This document shows, in pieces, positions 31,016 to 40,706 of a stretch of DNA of 64,000 bases (the first letter of the stretch is position 1; each line of letters begins with the position of its first letter). Source of the stretch: an uncultured Bacteroidales bacterium (lineage in GTDB: Bacteria; Bacteroidota; Bacteroidia; Bacteroidales; Bacteroidaceae); contig CADCAG010000002.1 in NCBI GenBank assembly GCA_902799355.1, forward strand, positions 25,693-89,692, written 5' to 3'. A program made the position numbers and the translations under genes. Under the pieces are notes generated by a model, which did not search any database, was not told the DNA's origin, and worked only from the letters and a program-made list of their open reading frames with translations.

Positions 31016-31966
31016 TTACTTCTTCCTCACCTCATTGAGGAACTTAACCATCTTCTGCAGGTTCTCCTCGGTATACATCTGAGGACCGCCGTGGCTACCT
31101 TCTGCAGGGAATGTGCCCTCGGTCTTGACGCCAGCAGCCTTCAGTAGCTCGAAGAACATCTTGCCCTGACAGCCAGGAACGACATTGTCTTTCTCACCAT
31201 GGAAGATGATGATGGGAGGATTCTTCTTGTTGACATAGTTGGTAGCACTCAGACTGCGGTACTTGTCTGGTTCCTTGTCGAGCTTAGAAGCCAGCAGCAC
31301 ATCCTCAGGAGAGTCGGGGCCCATCTTCATACCCTCGCCACAGTCCATCGCTGTAAGGTCTACAGGACCTGACCAGTCGCAGGCAGCATTGACAGTACTC
31401 TTCTCTTTGAGGAAATTACCTACAGTACCTTCCAGGTCGATATCCACAGTACCCACCTTGGTCTGCTTCACGCCACTGGTGGTAGCGGCAATAGAGGCCA
31501 GGTGACCACCAGAAGAGAAGCCACTGGTAGCGATGAATGAGGTATCGAACTTATACTGCTTGGCATTGCCGCGTACGAAACGGATAACGGCACGAATGTC
31601 GTGGATCTGTGCAGGCCACTTGGCATCCATGCTGCTGCGGTGGTTAGGACAAACCACTGCATAGCCGTTGTCGAGCAGGGTCTTCACGATGGTACCGATG
31701 TCGGCCATACCCTTGCTGCTGTTGCTGAACCACGCGCTGCCATAGATATGGATGACGACGGGATAGCTCTTTGCTTCCTTCTTAGGCAGATAGATGTCGC
31801 AGGTATGATAAGCCTTGTCATCACCGGCATAGTTCACATCCTTCCACTCCTGGGAGGTCTCCAGTTTTGCCTGCTGCTGGAAACCACCAAAGCCTCCAGC
31901 GGGCTGTGCCATGGCACCTACGGCAGCCAGACACATCACGAATGTTGATAATAATGTTTTCTTCAT
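31016..31966 (-). CDS. Alpha/beta hydrolase (BD-FAE/Abhydrolase_3-like esterase)
   Basis: CDIYLP, PVVIHIYGSAW, WPAQIHD, TSGFSSGGHLA, IFHGEKDNVV, GSHG. Confidence 0.88.
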   Translation of the reverse strand: MKKTLLSTFVMCLAAVGAMAQPAGGFGGFQQQAKLETSQEWKDVNYAGDDKAYHTCDIYLPKKEAKSYPVVIHIYGSAWFSNSSKGMADIGTIVKTLLDNGYAVVCPNHRSSMDAKWPAQIHDIRAVIRFVRGNAKQYKFDTSFIATSGFSSGGHLASIAATTSGVKQTKVGTVDIDLEGTVGNFLKEKSTVNAACDWSGPVDLTAMDCGEGMKMGPDSPEDVLLASKLDKEPDKYRSLSATNYVNKKNPPIIIFHGEKDNVVPGCQGKMFFELLKAAGVKTEGTFPAEGSHGGPQMYTEENLQKMVKFLNEVRKK

Positions 31967-31979
31967 AGCTAGTTAGTAT

Positions 31980-34793
31980 TTACTTAAACTGCCAATAGTC
32001 GAGGCGCACGTCACCCTGTGCCTTGTCGAAGCAGAGGTAGAGGTCGTGAACACCTGTAGCGCCATTGACCTTCGTATTGAATGCCTTGTATTTCTCCACA
32101 GAGCCAGTGCTCTTGATGGTTGCGGTACCAATGACATCGCCCTTCACATTGTCGAGGCGCAGCGTAACGGTGCAGCCAGCCTTGGCAGCAGCGGCAGCGA
32201 TGATGCTGAACTGCTTGGCACCCTTGCCAAAGTCAACACCACGCAGACGGATATACTCTCCGTCGTTGATGTCGAAGATGTACATGTTACGCTTGCCAGT
32301 AGACTCGGGCATATCCTTGACGACACCCGTATTGGGAATACCCATCTTGGCAGACTTCAGACCATAGCCCCAATTCATGGTCTCAGCCTCCACACGACGG
32401 TAGGGGTTCAACCAGTGCAGCTGCTTCATAGGCTCCTGGTCCATCCAGTAGGGAACCTCCTGGATAGTACCATCGGCATTGTAGGTAATCTCCGTAGCAG
32501 AGACGGTACGACGCTCGTGGTGTTCGTAAGTGTCGAGGTGCATCAAGTCGTAGTTCTGGCCAAAGACATACGAATGTCCCTTGAAGTCGCAGATGCCGGG
32601 GTGGTTACCACGGTCACGCTGCGTGGGCTTCATAATGTAGTTCTTCCACTCCCAAGGACCGGTGGGTTTGTCGCTCATGGCATAGCCCAAAGCCTCCGGA
32701 CAGCAGGTCGTAGCATAGCTGAGGTAGTATTTGCCATTACGCTTATAGAGCCACGGACCTTCCTGATAGTTCTTCACAGTCCATGTAGCCTTCTCGCTCC
32801 AAGGTGCGCGGAGGTTGGCCTTAGCACCTTCCTGCTTGACAGGACGCATGATGCCATCCTTGGGATTCAGCACGAAGATGTCGCCCTGGGTAGAGATCAT
32901 GTCTTTATTCAACTTGGTATAGTAGACATGGGGGTTGCCCCAGTACATATAGGCCTGACCGTCGTCGTCCGTAAAGACGGTGGGGTCGATGTCGTCCCAG
33001 TGCTCCTTCTGCCATACCAGCGGTTCACCGAGGGGATCCTTGAAGGGTCCGTAGGGAGAGTCAGCCACCAAGACACCAATGCCATGACCATGCAGGGGAG
33101 CATAGAGGTAGTACTTACCATTACGCTCAACGGTCTGGATAGCCCAGGCACCATTCTCACGGCTGCGCCATGAGAACTCCTTCAGCGATGCAACAGCACC
33201 ATGCTCCGTCCAGTTAACCATATCAGTGGTTGACCACAGCAGCCAGTCGTACATATAGAAGCCGGCATTGTTGCGCTCGTTAGGATCGGGGATATCCTCA
33301 GGAGAGGCGTCGTGTGACGTATATAAGAATAAGGTGTCGCCAATCACCAGTGGTGAGGGGTCGGCAGTGTACTTGGTCTGGAACAGCGGCATATTGACCT
33401 GTTCCATGCCACGCATCTCCCACCAGTCGAAGTTGAAGAGCTTCGGACCCTTACGACCCTTGAAGACCAGATAGAGGTCACGGGTATGCAGACGAGAAGG
33501 ATAGCTGTCGAGGGCTGCCAGGTCGGTAGTGATAGTCTGCCACTTCTCCCAGCCACCAGTGCCAGGAACATCGAGTGTGCCGAGGAGTTTTCCTCCGAGG
33601 CTATCCAAGCGGATCTCTATCTGTCCACCACGCAGACCACTGGCCACACGAGCCGTGAAGGTTCGCGGTGTCTTGTAGCAGAGGTGTACATTCTGCAACT
33701 TGATATAGTCACCGTTATGGATGTCGGTGACGTAGACACCCACCTCATCATTTTGTTCTGTCTTCACACCCTTTGAGAAGGCCATGGTCTCAGCCTCTAC
33801 TTTACGGTAGGGGTCGAACTTGGCAATGGGCTTCACGCCCTCGTCGGTAGGCATGATGGTGGGGAAACTGCCGTCGGCATTGTATTTAAACTCCTCCACA
33901 GCCACACTACGGCCAAAGCCGCCACCATTGGGCAGCTTGCCGGTGTGGTAGAAGAAATAGGAGTGACCCTTATAGTCGGCCACACCACAGTGGTTCGTAA
34001 ACGACTTCGTATCAGACAGCGGCATAATCTCGCCAGCATACTTCCAAGGACCTGTGGGGTGCGGTGCCGTGCTGTAGCTGATATGCTCAGGAACGCCACC
34101 AGCAGCATAGAGGAGCTGGTAAGTGCCATTACGTTTGGTCAGCCACGGGCCTTCCACATATGAGTCCTTATACTTCTTGCCTTTCTCACGCTTGCTCATG
34201 ATAGGACCGCCGAAGGCTTCCTCCGTCATGTCGAGTTTGCCCAGCTCACCACTATAGGATATCATGTCGCGGTTGAGCTTCAGGTAGTAACACTGAGGAT
34301 TACCCCACATGAGCCATGCCTGTCCATCGTCGTCAATCATCACCGTCGGGTCGATATGATCCCATGAGCCGTTCTCGAAGAGCGGTTTTCCAAGGGCATC
34401 ACGGAAGGGACCCGTAGGAGAGTCACTGACAGCTACACCGATAGCCATGCCATTAGACAGCTTGCTATGAGCACAGATATACCAATAAAACTTGCCGTCG
34501 CGCTCGATGGTCTGTGAGGCCCAGGCACGGTCGTCAGCCCACGAGAAGCTCTCCAGGGCCAGCGGTGAACCATGATCCTGCCAGTTGACCATATCCTTGG
34601 TGGAGTAGACGCGCCACTCCTGCATCCAGAAGAAATCGGCATTGTCCTCGTCATGACCCGTATAGACATACATGGTACCGTTATGTACCATTGGTGCGGG
34701 GTCACTGGTAAACCATGTCTGCACAAAGGGGTTCTGTGCCAGACAGAGGGAAGAGGTAAGAGGTAAGAGATAAGATAATAGAAGTCGTTTCAT
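31980..34793 (-). CDS. Tandem GH43-CBM6-GH43-CBM6 xylosidase/arabinofuranosidase
   Basis: Two catalytic modules (FTSDP...AWA...IDP...YVEGPW...TNHC; YTADP...AWA...IDP...YQEGPW...GNHP), each followed by a PYRxVEAET CBM6. Confidence 0.92.
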   Translation of the reverse strand: MKRLLLSYLLPLTSSLCLAQNPFVQTWFTSDPAPMVHNGTMYVYTGHDEDNADFFWMQEWRVYSTKDMVNWQDHGSPLALESFSWADDRAWASQTIERDGKFYWYICAHSKLSNGMAIGVAVSDSPTGPFRDALGKPLFENGSWDHIDPTVMIDDDGQAWLMWGNPQCYYLKLNRDMISYSGELGKLDMTEEAFGGPIMSKREKGKKYKDSYVEGPWLTKRNGTYQLLYAAGGVPEHISYSTAPHPTGPWKYAGEIMPLSDTKSFTNHCGVADYKGHSYFFYHTGKLPNGGGFGRSVAVEEFKYNADGSFPTIMPTDEGVKPIAKFDPYRKVEAETMAFSKGVKTEQNDEVGVYVTDIHNGDYIKLQNVHLCYKTPRTFTARVASGLRGGQIEIRLDSLGGKLLGTLDVPGTGGWEKWQTITTDLAALDSYPSRLHTRDLYLVFKGRKGPKLFNFDWWEMRGMEQVNMPLFQTKYTADPSPLVIGDTLFLYTSHDASPEDIPDPNERNNAGFYMYDWLLWSTTDMVNWTEHGAVASLKEFSWRSRENGAWAIQTVERNGKYYLYAPLHGHGIGVLVADSPYGPFKDPLGEPLVWQKEHWDDIDPTVFTDDDGQAYMYWGNPHVYYTKLNKDMISTQGDIFVLNPKDGIMRPVKQEGAKANLRAPWSEKATWTVKNYQEGPWLYKRNGKYYLSYATTCCPEALGYAMSDKPTGPWEWKNYIMKPTQRDRGNHPGICDFKGHSYVFGQNYDLMHLDTYEHHERRTVSATEITYNADGTIQEVPYWMDQEPMKQLHWLNPYRRVEAETMNWGYGLKSAKMGIPNTGVVKDMPESTGKRNMYIFDINDGEYIRLRGVDFGKGAKQFSIIAAAAAKAGCTVTLRLDNVKGDVIGTATIKSTGSVEKYKAFNTKVNGATGVHDLYLCFDKAQGDVRLDYWQFK

Positions 34794-34805
34794 TATAACG
34801 TTTGA

Positions 34806-36260
34806 TTAGTGATTACGAAGATTCCACTTAGAGTTGTCGCTGCTATAGTCATAGACGGCCAGCGTCGGCGTACTGTCGGCAGCCGAATAGAGGCAATAGC
34901 GCGTATTGATACCCTCCATACCAGGGATCTGCTTAGGCATGATGCGGTAGGTTCCGTCTGTCAGCTGCTCAACGCGCCAAAGCTGCTCGTCGCCACCATT
35001 AAAGGCAACAGTAGCCAGCTCCTTGTCGGCAGTAGCTGTCAGGGCACGGTCGGTACCAGCAATGGTAATCTTGAAATAAGGATTGCTCAAGTAACCGCCA
35101 GCCTTCTCCACGGGCGTAATGTCCCACAGCTGATGGGGACGGAACATATAGTCGCTGCAACGGACTGCAACAGGTGTGTTGGCAGCAGGCCATGTGCCGA
35201 TGACCTCCTCCAGCTTCTGGTTGGGTACGGGCTTCGGAGGCTGCTGCATCTGGTTGCGGTCGCCCCAGCGCTGACGCTCCTGCTGCATACGTACGAAGTC
35301 GACAGCCATCTCCAGCGAGTAGCCACGGCGCTCAGACAAGATGGCAAAGGTACCGCCACGGAGACGCTCGCCAGCAACAGGCCAGCCGTTCTTCCACACG
35401 ATAGGACGTACGGCAAGGACGCTACGGCCACCCATATCGAAGTCTGCCTCCCAGTGGAACGACATCACCTCTACACCTTCATCGATGATATAACGGCCAA
35501 AGTGTCCAGCACCCGTGCAACGGTCACCGGCAGCAACGACCATACGGCCACCACCATGGAACATGTCACGGCCGACATTGTCTACGTAGGGACCTTCCAC
35601 CGAACGAGAACGGCCCACCACGATATTATAGGTAGAGTTGACGCCATCACAGCAGGTGCCATGAGTACCCAACAGGAAGTACCAGCCGTCCTTGTACATC
35701 AAGGCGCTGGCCTCACAGTCGATAGCGACATCTTTTTCTACGTTGCCCTTGACGCGCTCGCCAGTCTTGGGGTCAAGCTCGATGAGGCGGATATTACCGA
35801 AGTAGGTACCATAGGTAGCCCACAGACGACCAGTGGTAGGATCCAACAACAGACAGGGGTCGATGGCGTCGCAGTCCTCCATACCGTCGGACGAAGCCAC
35901 CTCTATAGCTGTTGACCACTTGAAGTCGGGCGACTTCGGGTCGAGGGTCTTGTTCCACATGGTGAGGATGCGACCGTTATGACCACCGAAGAGGCCACCA
36001 CCGGTAGCACCATAGATGCAGAGATAGCGCTCACCAATCTTCAGCATATCAGGAGCAGCGCCGCCACCTGGGCGCTCAGCACCACTATGCCATGACCAGC
36101 CGTCATCGGAGATGATACCTCCCCCACCCGTTCCAAAGGTGTACCACTTGCCGTCACACTCTGCGAGTGTCGAGGGGTCGTGGATATAAGGAGCACCCAC
36201 TTGCGCATTGGCGGCAGTAAAAACAGCAAGTGCCGCCAAGAATGTATATAGTCTTTTCAT
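34806..36260 (-). CDS. GH43 (arabinanase-like clade) with C-terminal ricin-B/CBM13-like domain
   Basis: YIHDPS, AAPD, DAIDP, DCEAS, GAGH; QLW repeats in the C-terminal region. Confidence 0.85.
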   Translation of the reverse strand: MKRLYTFLAALAVFTAANAQVGAPYIHDPSTLAECDGKWYTFGTGGGGIISDDGWSWHSGAERPGGGAAPDMLKIGERYLCIYGATGGGLFGGHNGRILTMWNKTLDPKSPDFKWSTAIEVASSDGMEDCDAIDPCLLLDPTTGRLWATYGTYFGNIRLIELDPKTGERVKGNVEKDVAIDCEASALMYKDGWYFLLGTHGTCCDGVNSTYNIVVGRSRSVEGPYVDNVGRDMFHGGGRMVVAAGDRCTGAGHFGRYIIDEGVEVMSFHWEADFDMGGRSVLAVRPIVWKNGWPVAGERLRGGTFAILSERRGYSLEMAVDFVRMQQERQRWGDRNQMQQPPKPVPNQKLEEVIGTWPAANTPVAVRCSDYMFRPHQLWDITPVEKAGGYLSNPYFKITIAGTDRALTATADKELATVAFNGGDEQLWRVEQLTDGTYRIMPKQIPGMEGINTRYCLYSAADSTPTLAVYDYSSDNSKWNLRNH

Positions 36261-36261
36261 C

Positions 36262-38343
36262 TTATTGTACTTTGATTGAATAGTTCTTTACAGGGTTAGA
36301 TTGCTCGTCAATGAATCGGGCGCACAGATCGCTCAAGCCAGGACCGTTGATCAGCGCAAAGCGCAGAATGTTACGACCCTTCTTCAGCGACAGACGCTGT
36401 GATACGCAGTCGTCTTCCACCATACGGCGGTCACCGTCCAGTGTCAGCACACGCTCACCGTTGAGCCACCACATAGAGGCGCCATTGGATCCGATGGCCA
36501 GACGGACACCGTCCATGTCCTCAGGACAGTCGATGACAGTAACACCCCAGAAAAGGGAGTTGTAGGGCTGACAGCCGTACGACTCAGCAAAGCGGAATAC
36601 CTTGACATTATAGGTACTACTCTCCAGAGCATGCCAGCGCAGGGTCTGCTTGACCTCCTTAGTCTGGGCAGGACCCATCTGCATTCTCGTATCTCTCGGT
36701 CCACCAGCAAGGGCAATACCTGTGGCGGTGACCTTCTCACCGTCGCGAGGCAGCTTCTTGTCGTCAAACTGTCCCTTGAAATACTGCTTGCTGAGGTTCT
36801 CATTGAGATAGCTATCTGTCAGAATGGTGTTGGAACGTACGTTATAGTCGATGGGCTCCAGCAACATCCAGCGACGGATAAAGCCGTTAGCGTCAGGCTG
36901 TGTTGCCGGGGTATTGGCAGCAACAGGCTGGAAGTAGCTGTTACGGTTCTTGAACTGTACCCAGTTGATGCTGACTTCTGCATCACCCTCACAAGTGACA
37001 CACAGGTCGGTAACACCCTTCGGCACATACTCCAGATTGACGGTCTGTGTGAGCCACTGGTTACTCTGGTCACGGCGGAACTGTCCCATCTGGGTGATGA
37101 CATTCATCGTCACACGGGCAATAACCTTACCCTTGGCATTCTTCTCACGGATGCAGAATTCGGTATTACCACCAGCCTTGGCATTGACGATGAGGTAGGC
37201 ATCGGTAATGGGACTGAAGTCTACATCAGCATAGTGCAACCAGCTGCCCTTCTTAGGCAGGGTGGCCTGATAGCTGCGGAAGGTATTGACAGTATCGATG
37301 AGGGCTGTCGTCACATCACTGCTGGCAGTGCTGTAGCGGTCTATCTCAATCTTCTCGGTAGCCTTGTTGATACCCACACCACGCATGGTCTGCTTGACTT
37401 CCTGGATAGTACCGTCGGCGTTGAAATAAAGCTTCTCGATACATGCGGAGCGACGCTTGTCATCACGCGGCGAGAAGTAGTTGTGGTGGTAGAACAAGTA
37501 CCACTGGCCCTTGTAGTTGACGATGCTATGGTGATTAGTCCAACAGCCGTTAGGCTGCTCGGACATGATCAGCCCTTTATACTCATAAGGACCCATGGGG
37601 TTCTTACTCATCGCATAACCAAGCACCTCCGTATTCTCACGGACATACGGATAGGTCAGGTAATACCAACCGTTAGCCTCAAAGGCAAAGGGACCCTCGG
37701 CCTGACGATTGGGCAGGTCTTTCAGACAGTTAACACCCAGCATCTCAAACTCACGGTTGCCCCACTTGACTTTCTCCTTGGGGGTATCGTCAGCCAGCTC
37801 CTTCATATTGGGCTTGAGCTTGGCACAACGGCCTGCACCCCAGAAGATGTAGGCATTACCGTCAGAAGCCTGGAGCACACAGGGGTCGATACCGTTAATG
37901 CCCTTGATAGGTTCGGGCTCACAGATGAACGGTCCCTCGGGACGGTCAGCAATAGCAACACCGACACCGAAACCACGACCATCTTTAGGAGCTGAGGGAA
38001 AATAGAAATAGTACTTGCCATTGCGCTCCACACAGTCGGGAGCCCACATGGAATAAGAGTCAGGACGCACCCAGGGTACCTTGTTCTGGGTGACAATCAC
38101 TCCGTGATCTGTCCAGTCGGTGAGGTTCTCTGAAGAGAAGACATGATAGTCCTCCATGCAGAACCAATCCTGTCGCTGACCAGCAGGCGGCACGATGTCA
38201 TGCGACGGGTACAGGTACACCTTATTATTAAATACGCGTGCCGTAGGATCGGCAGTGAACTGGTCGCGAATAATAGGGTTCTGTGCTTGAGCAGCCGACG
38301 CCGCCAAGCACAGAACTAAAGTTGATAATAATGTATTTCTCAT
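36262..38343 (-). CDS. GH43 + CBM6-like + additional C-terminal beta-sandwich domain
   Basis: NPIIRDQFTADPTARVF, MWAPD, GIDP, AEGP, WTNHHS; extra domain GFIRRWMLLEP...GSNGASMWWLNG. Confidence 0.88.
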   Translation of the reverse strand: MRNTLLSTLVLCLAASAAQAQNPIIRDQFTADPTARVFNNKVYLYPSHDIVPPAGQRQDWFCMEDYHVFSSENLTDWTDHGVIVTQNKVPWVRPDSYSMWAPDCVERNGKYYFYFPSAPKDGRGFGVGVAIADRPEGPFICEPEPIKGINGIDPCVLQASDGNAYIFWGAGRCAKLKPNMKELADDTPKEKVKWGNREFEMLGVNCLKDLPNRQAEGPFAFEANGWYYLTYPYVRENTEVLGYAMSKNPMGPYEYKGLIMSEQPNGCWTNHHSIVNYKGQWYLFYHHNYFSPRDDKRRSACIEKLYFNADGTIQEVKQTMRGVGINKATEKIEIDRYSTASSDVTTALIDTVNTFRSYQATLPKKGSWLHYADVDFSPITDAYLIVNAKAGGNTEFCIREKNAKGKVIARVTMNVITQMGQFRRDQSNQWLTQTVNLEYVPKGVTDLCVTCEGDAEVSINWVQFKNRNSYFQPVAANTPATQPDANGFIRRWMLLEPIDYNVRSNTILTDSYLNENLSKQYFKGQFDDKKLPRDGEKVTATGIALAGGPRDTRMQMGPAQTKEVKQTLRWHALESSTYNVKVFRFAESYGCQPYNSLFWGVTVIDCPEDMDGVRLAIGSNGASMWWLNGERVLTLDGDRRMVEDDCVSQRLSLKKGRNILRFALINGPGLSDLCARFIDEQSNPVKNYSIKVQ

Positions 38344-38368
38344 GAAATGCTATTCACTTTTCATTTCT

Positions 38369-40570
38369 TCATTTAAACAGCTTCTGAGCCATCAGATATA
38401 AGCAACGGCGCCATGTCAGGAACTCATGGGCAGTACCTTCAGAGATCAGGCCTTCGGCATTGAAACCGGCAGCCTTCAGAGACTCTACGCTCTTGTTGAT
38501 ACCATCGGGATTCTCCTTAGAGCCACAGCCTTCGAAGATATACTTTACGCACTTAGGATCCTTGATCTCCTCAGGAGCATACTGGCCACCGCTGAGCAGT
38601 CCCCAATAGCCGAAGACCTCAGGACGACGCAGGGTGATGAGCTTTGTCGTCATGCCACCCATAGAGAGACCTGCCATAGCACGGTTCCACTTGTCGCTCT
38701 TGGTGAGGAAGTTTGCGTCAACATAAGGAATCAGCTCGTCGATGAGTACCTTCTCGAACTCCTCGGCAGTGAACTTACCAATAGTGCCGAACTTGAAGTC
38801 GTTGGTCAGACCGTAAGCCATCACGATGATGAAGGGCTTGATCTTGCCATCGGCAATCAGGTTGTCCATAATCAGACCAGCCTTACCCTGTACAGGCCAG
38901 CTGGTCTCGTTCTCGCCCCAGCCATGCTGCAGGTACAGTACGGGATAGCGCTGCTGTTCCATCTTGCCGCTCTTGCCCTTGACGAGCTTGCCGTAGCCAT
39001 TGGGAAGATAGACGGTAGCCTCCTGCATCTTACCCAGGCTCTTGGAATAGAACAGAATCTTCTGCATATTGCCATGAGGAATATCAGTGCGCTCAGCATA
39101 GAAGGCCTGGTCGGGAGCAGGAATCTCGATACCACTCTCCCAACGGCAGCTGCCGAAGTAGTTATGTGTTCCGGGGTCGTTGAATACGCCACCGTCGATA
39201 GTCAGGTGATAGTAGTGGAAACCAGGATCCATCGGACCTTCGGTAGTACCAGTCCACACACCGTTCTTGTCCTTGCGCAGCACCGTACCGCCACGGCCAC
39301 CAAGACCGAGGCTGACAATGACTGACTTGGCATCGGGAGCCTCCACACGGAAGCGGGCATAGCCCTGGCTGTTCACCTTAGGCCACTCCTGACCGGGCTG
39401 GTTGCAGGGATTGGGCACGAAATCCTCCTTGAGCTGAGCATTGTCGAGCTTAGCATCGAAGTTCTTGATAGCATAGTAAGCCTGCTTGGGCTTGTAGTTC
39501 TCGTCGAAAGGCAGCGGATGATTGTTGACACCCAGCCAAGAGTCGCGGTCACCGAGGTTCCACAACGTCACACAGTCGATGACATCCTTATGCTTACGGA
39601 ATACCTTGAAGACACGATTGTACTGGTCGGTCAGCAGGGTGTTCATATAGCCGGCAACAGGCTTGGCCTCACCACGAGAGAAGCGAAGCTGACCACCCAT
39701 CTCGGTATTCATACGGATATCGAGCTCTGTCACATGGATATGCTTCACGATGGTTGAATACTTGGTGATGGCCGCATCAATCTCCTCCTCAGTAGGACCA
39801 TAGACATTGTAGTGTCCCTGCATACCGATACCGTCAATGGGTACACCGGCATCCTTCATCTTCTTCACCATGTCAAAGATGCGATCACGCTTGCCGGGGT
39901 CACACTCGTTGTAGTCGTTATAGAACAACAGGGCGTTGGGATCAGCCTCACGGGCAAACTCAAAAGCCTTGGCAATGAACTCGTCACCGCAGAGCTTGAA
40001 GTGGCGGCTCTGACGATAAGGACTGCCAGGAGTGAACTTGCCGTTAGCGAAGGAAGGACGAGGATTGTCCTCAATAGCCTCGTTCACCACGTCCCAGCAA
40101 TAAACGACATCCTTATAACGGTTGACCACCGTATGGATGTGCTCACGCAGACGCTGGTAGAACACTTCCTTCTTCACTTCCTTGCCCTTCTTGTCAGTGA
40201 ACATCCAGTCAGCAAACTGTGAGTGCCAGCAGAGGCAGTGACCACGCAGTTTGATACCGTTCTGACGGCAGAAGTTGGCAATCTTGTCGGCCTTCTCGAA
40301 GTTCCATACCCCCTCTTTGGGATGCAATTCACCGGGCTTCATATCATTCTCGGCAGTGATGCTGCTGAATTCACTCTTTACCAGAGCAATCTGCTTGTCA
40401 TCGCTAACATTACGCTGATTGAGAGCAACGCCAATCAGGAAGTAATTCTTGTAGGCGTCCTTCAATTTCACTGTTGGATTAGGATCAGCAGGTGCACCCC
40501 ACTGTGCCCAAGAACCCAAACAATTCATGGCCAACACGATGGCCAAAACGGTCTTAAAAGTCTGTTTCAT
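38369..40570 (-). CDS. xyn10D-fae1A: Bifunctional GH10 xylanase / CE1 feruloyl esterase
   Basis: GH10 motifs TAENDMK, RGHCLCWHSQ, WDVVNE, HVTELD; CBM48-CE1 with LQHGWGE, AGLSMGG, AHEFLTWR; closely matches recalled P. ruminicola Xyn10D-Fae1A. Confidence 0.92.
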   Translation of the reverse strand: MKQTFKTVLAIVLAMNCLGSWAQWGAPADPNPTVKLKDAYKNYFLIGVALNQRNVSDDKQIALVKSEFSSITAENDMKPGELHPKEGVWNFEKADKIANFCRQNGIKLRGHCLCWHSQFADWMFTDKKGKEVKKEVFYQRLREHIHTVVNRYKDVVYCWDVVNEAIEDNPRPSFANGKFTPGSPYRQSRHFKLCGDEFIAKAFEFAREADPNALLFYNDYNECDPGKRDRIFDMVKKMKDAGVPIDGIGMQGHYNVYGPTEEEIDAAITKYSTIVKHIHVTELDIRMNTEMGGQLRFSRGEAKPVAGYMNTLLTDQYNRVFKVFRKHKDVIDCVTLWNLGDRDSWLGVNNHPLPFDENYKPKQAYYAIKNFDAKLDNAQLKEDFVPNPCNQPGQEWPKVNSQGYARFRVEAPDAKSVIVSLGLGGRGGTVLRKDKNGVWTGTTEGPMDPGFHYYHLTIDGGVFNDPGTHNYFGSCRWESGIEIPAPDQAFYAERTDIPHGNMQKILFYSKSLGKMQEATVYLPNGYGKLVKGKSGKMEQQRYPVLYLQHGWGENETSWPVQGKAGLIMDNLIADGKIKPFIIVMAYGLTNDFKFGTIGKFTAEEFEKVLIDELIPYVDANFLTKSDKWNRAMAGLSMGGMTTKLITLRRPEVFGYWGLLSGGQYAPEEIKDPKCVKYIFEGCGSKENPDGINKSVESLKAAGFNAEGLISEGTAHEFLTWRRCLYLMAQKLFK

Positions 40571-40615
40571 TTGTGTGATGTTTGTTTAGTTAATAGTTCA
40601 ATCAAATTACGCTTG

Positions 40616-40681
40616 CAAAGATACAAAAAGTTTGTAACACCCGCAATTGCTGGTGTTACAAACTCTTTAGCTGATGTATCA
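40616..40681 (-). promoter_or_regulatory. Promoter (-7) plus conserved operator for the xyn10D-fae1A/GH43 operon
   Basis: TATCTTTG at 40623-40616; CTTT-N6-TGTATCA at 40665-40681. Confidence 0.75.
40624..40665 (-). terminator. Terminator after GH31
   Basis: Stem agtttgtaacacc...ggtgttacaaact with caaaa to its left. Confidence 0.75.
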
Positions 40682-40706
40682 TGAGCGGGCTATCCGTTCC
40701 TTATTG

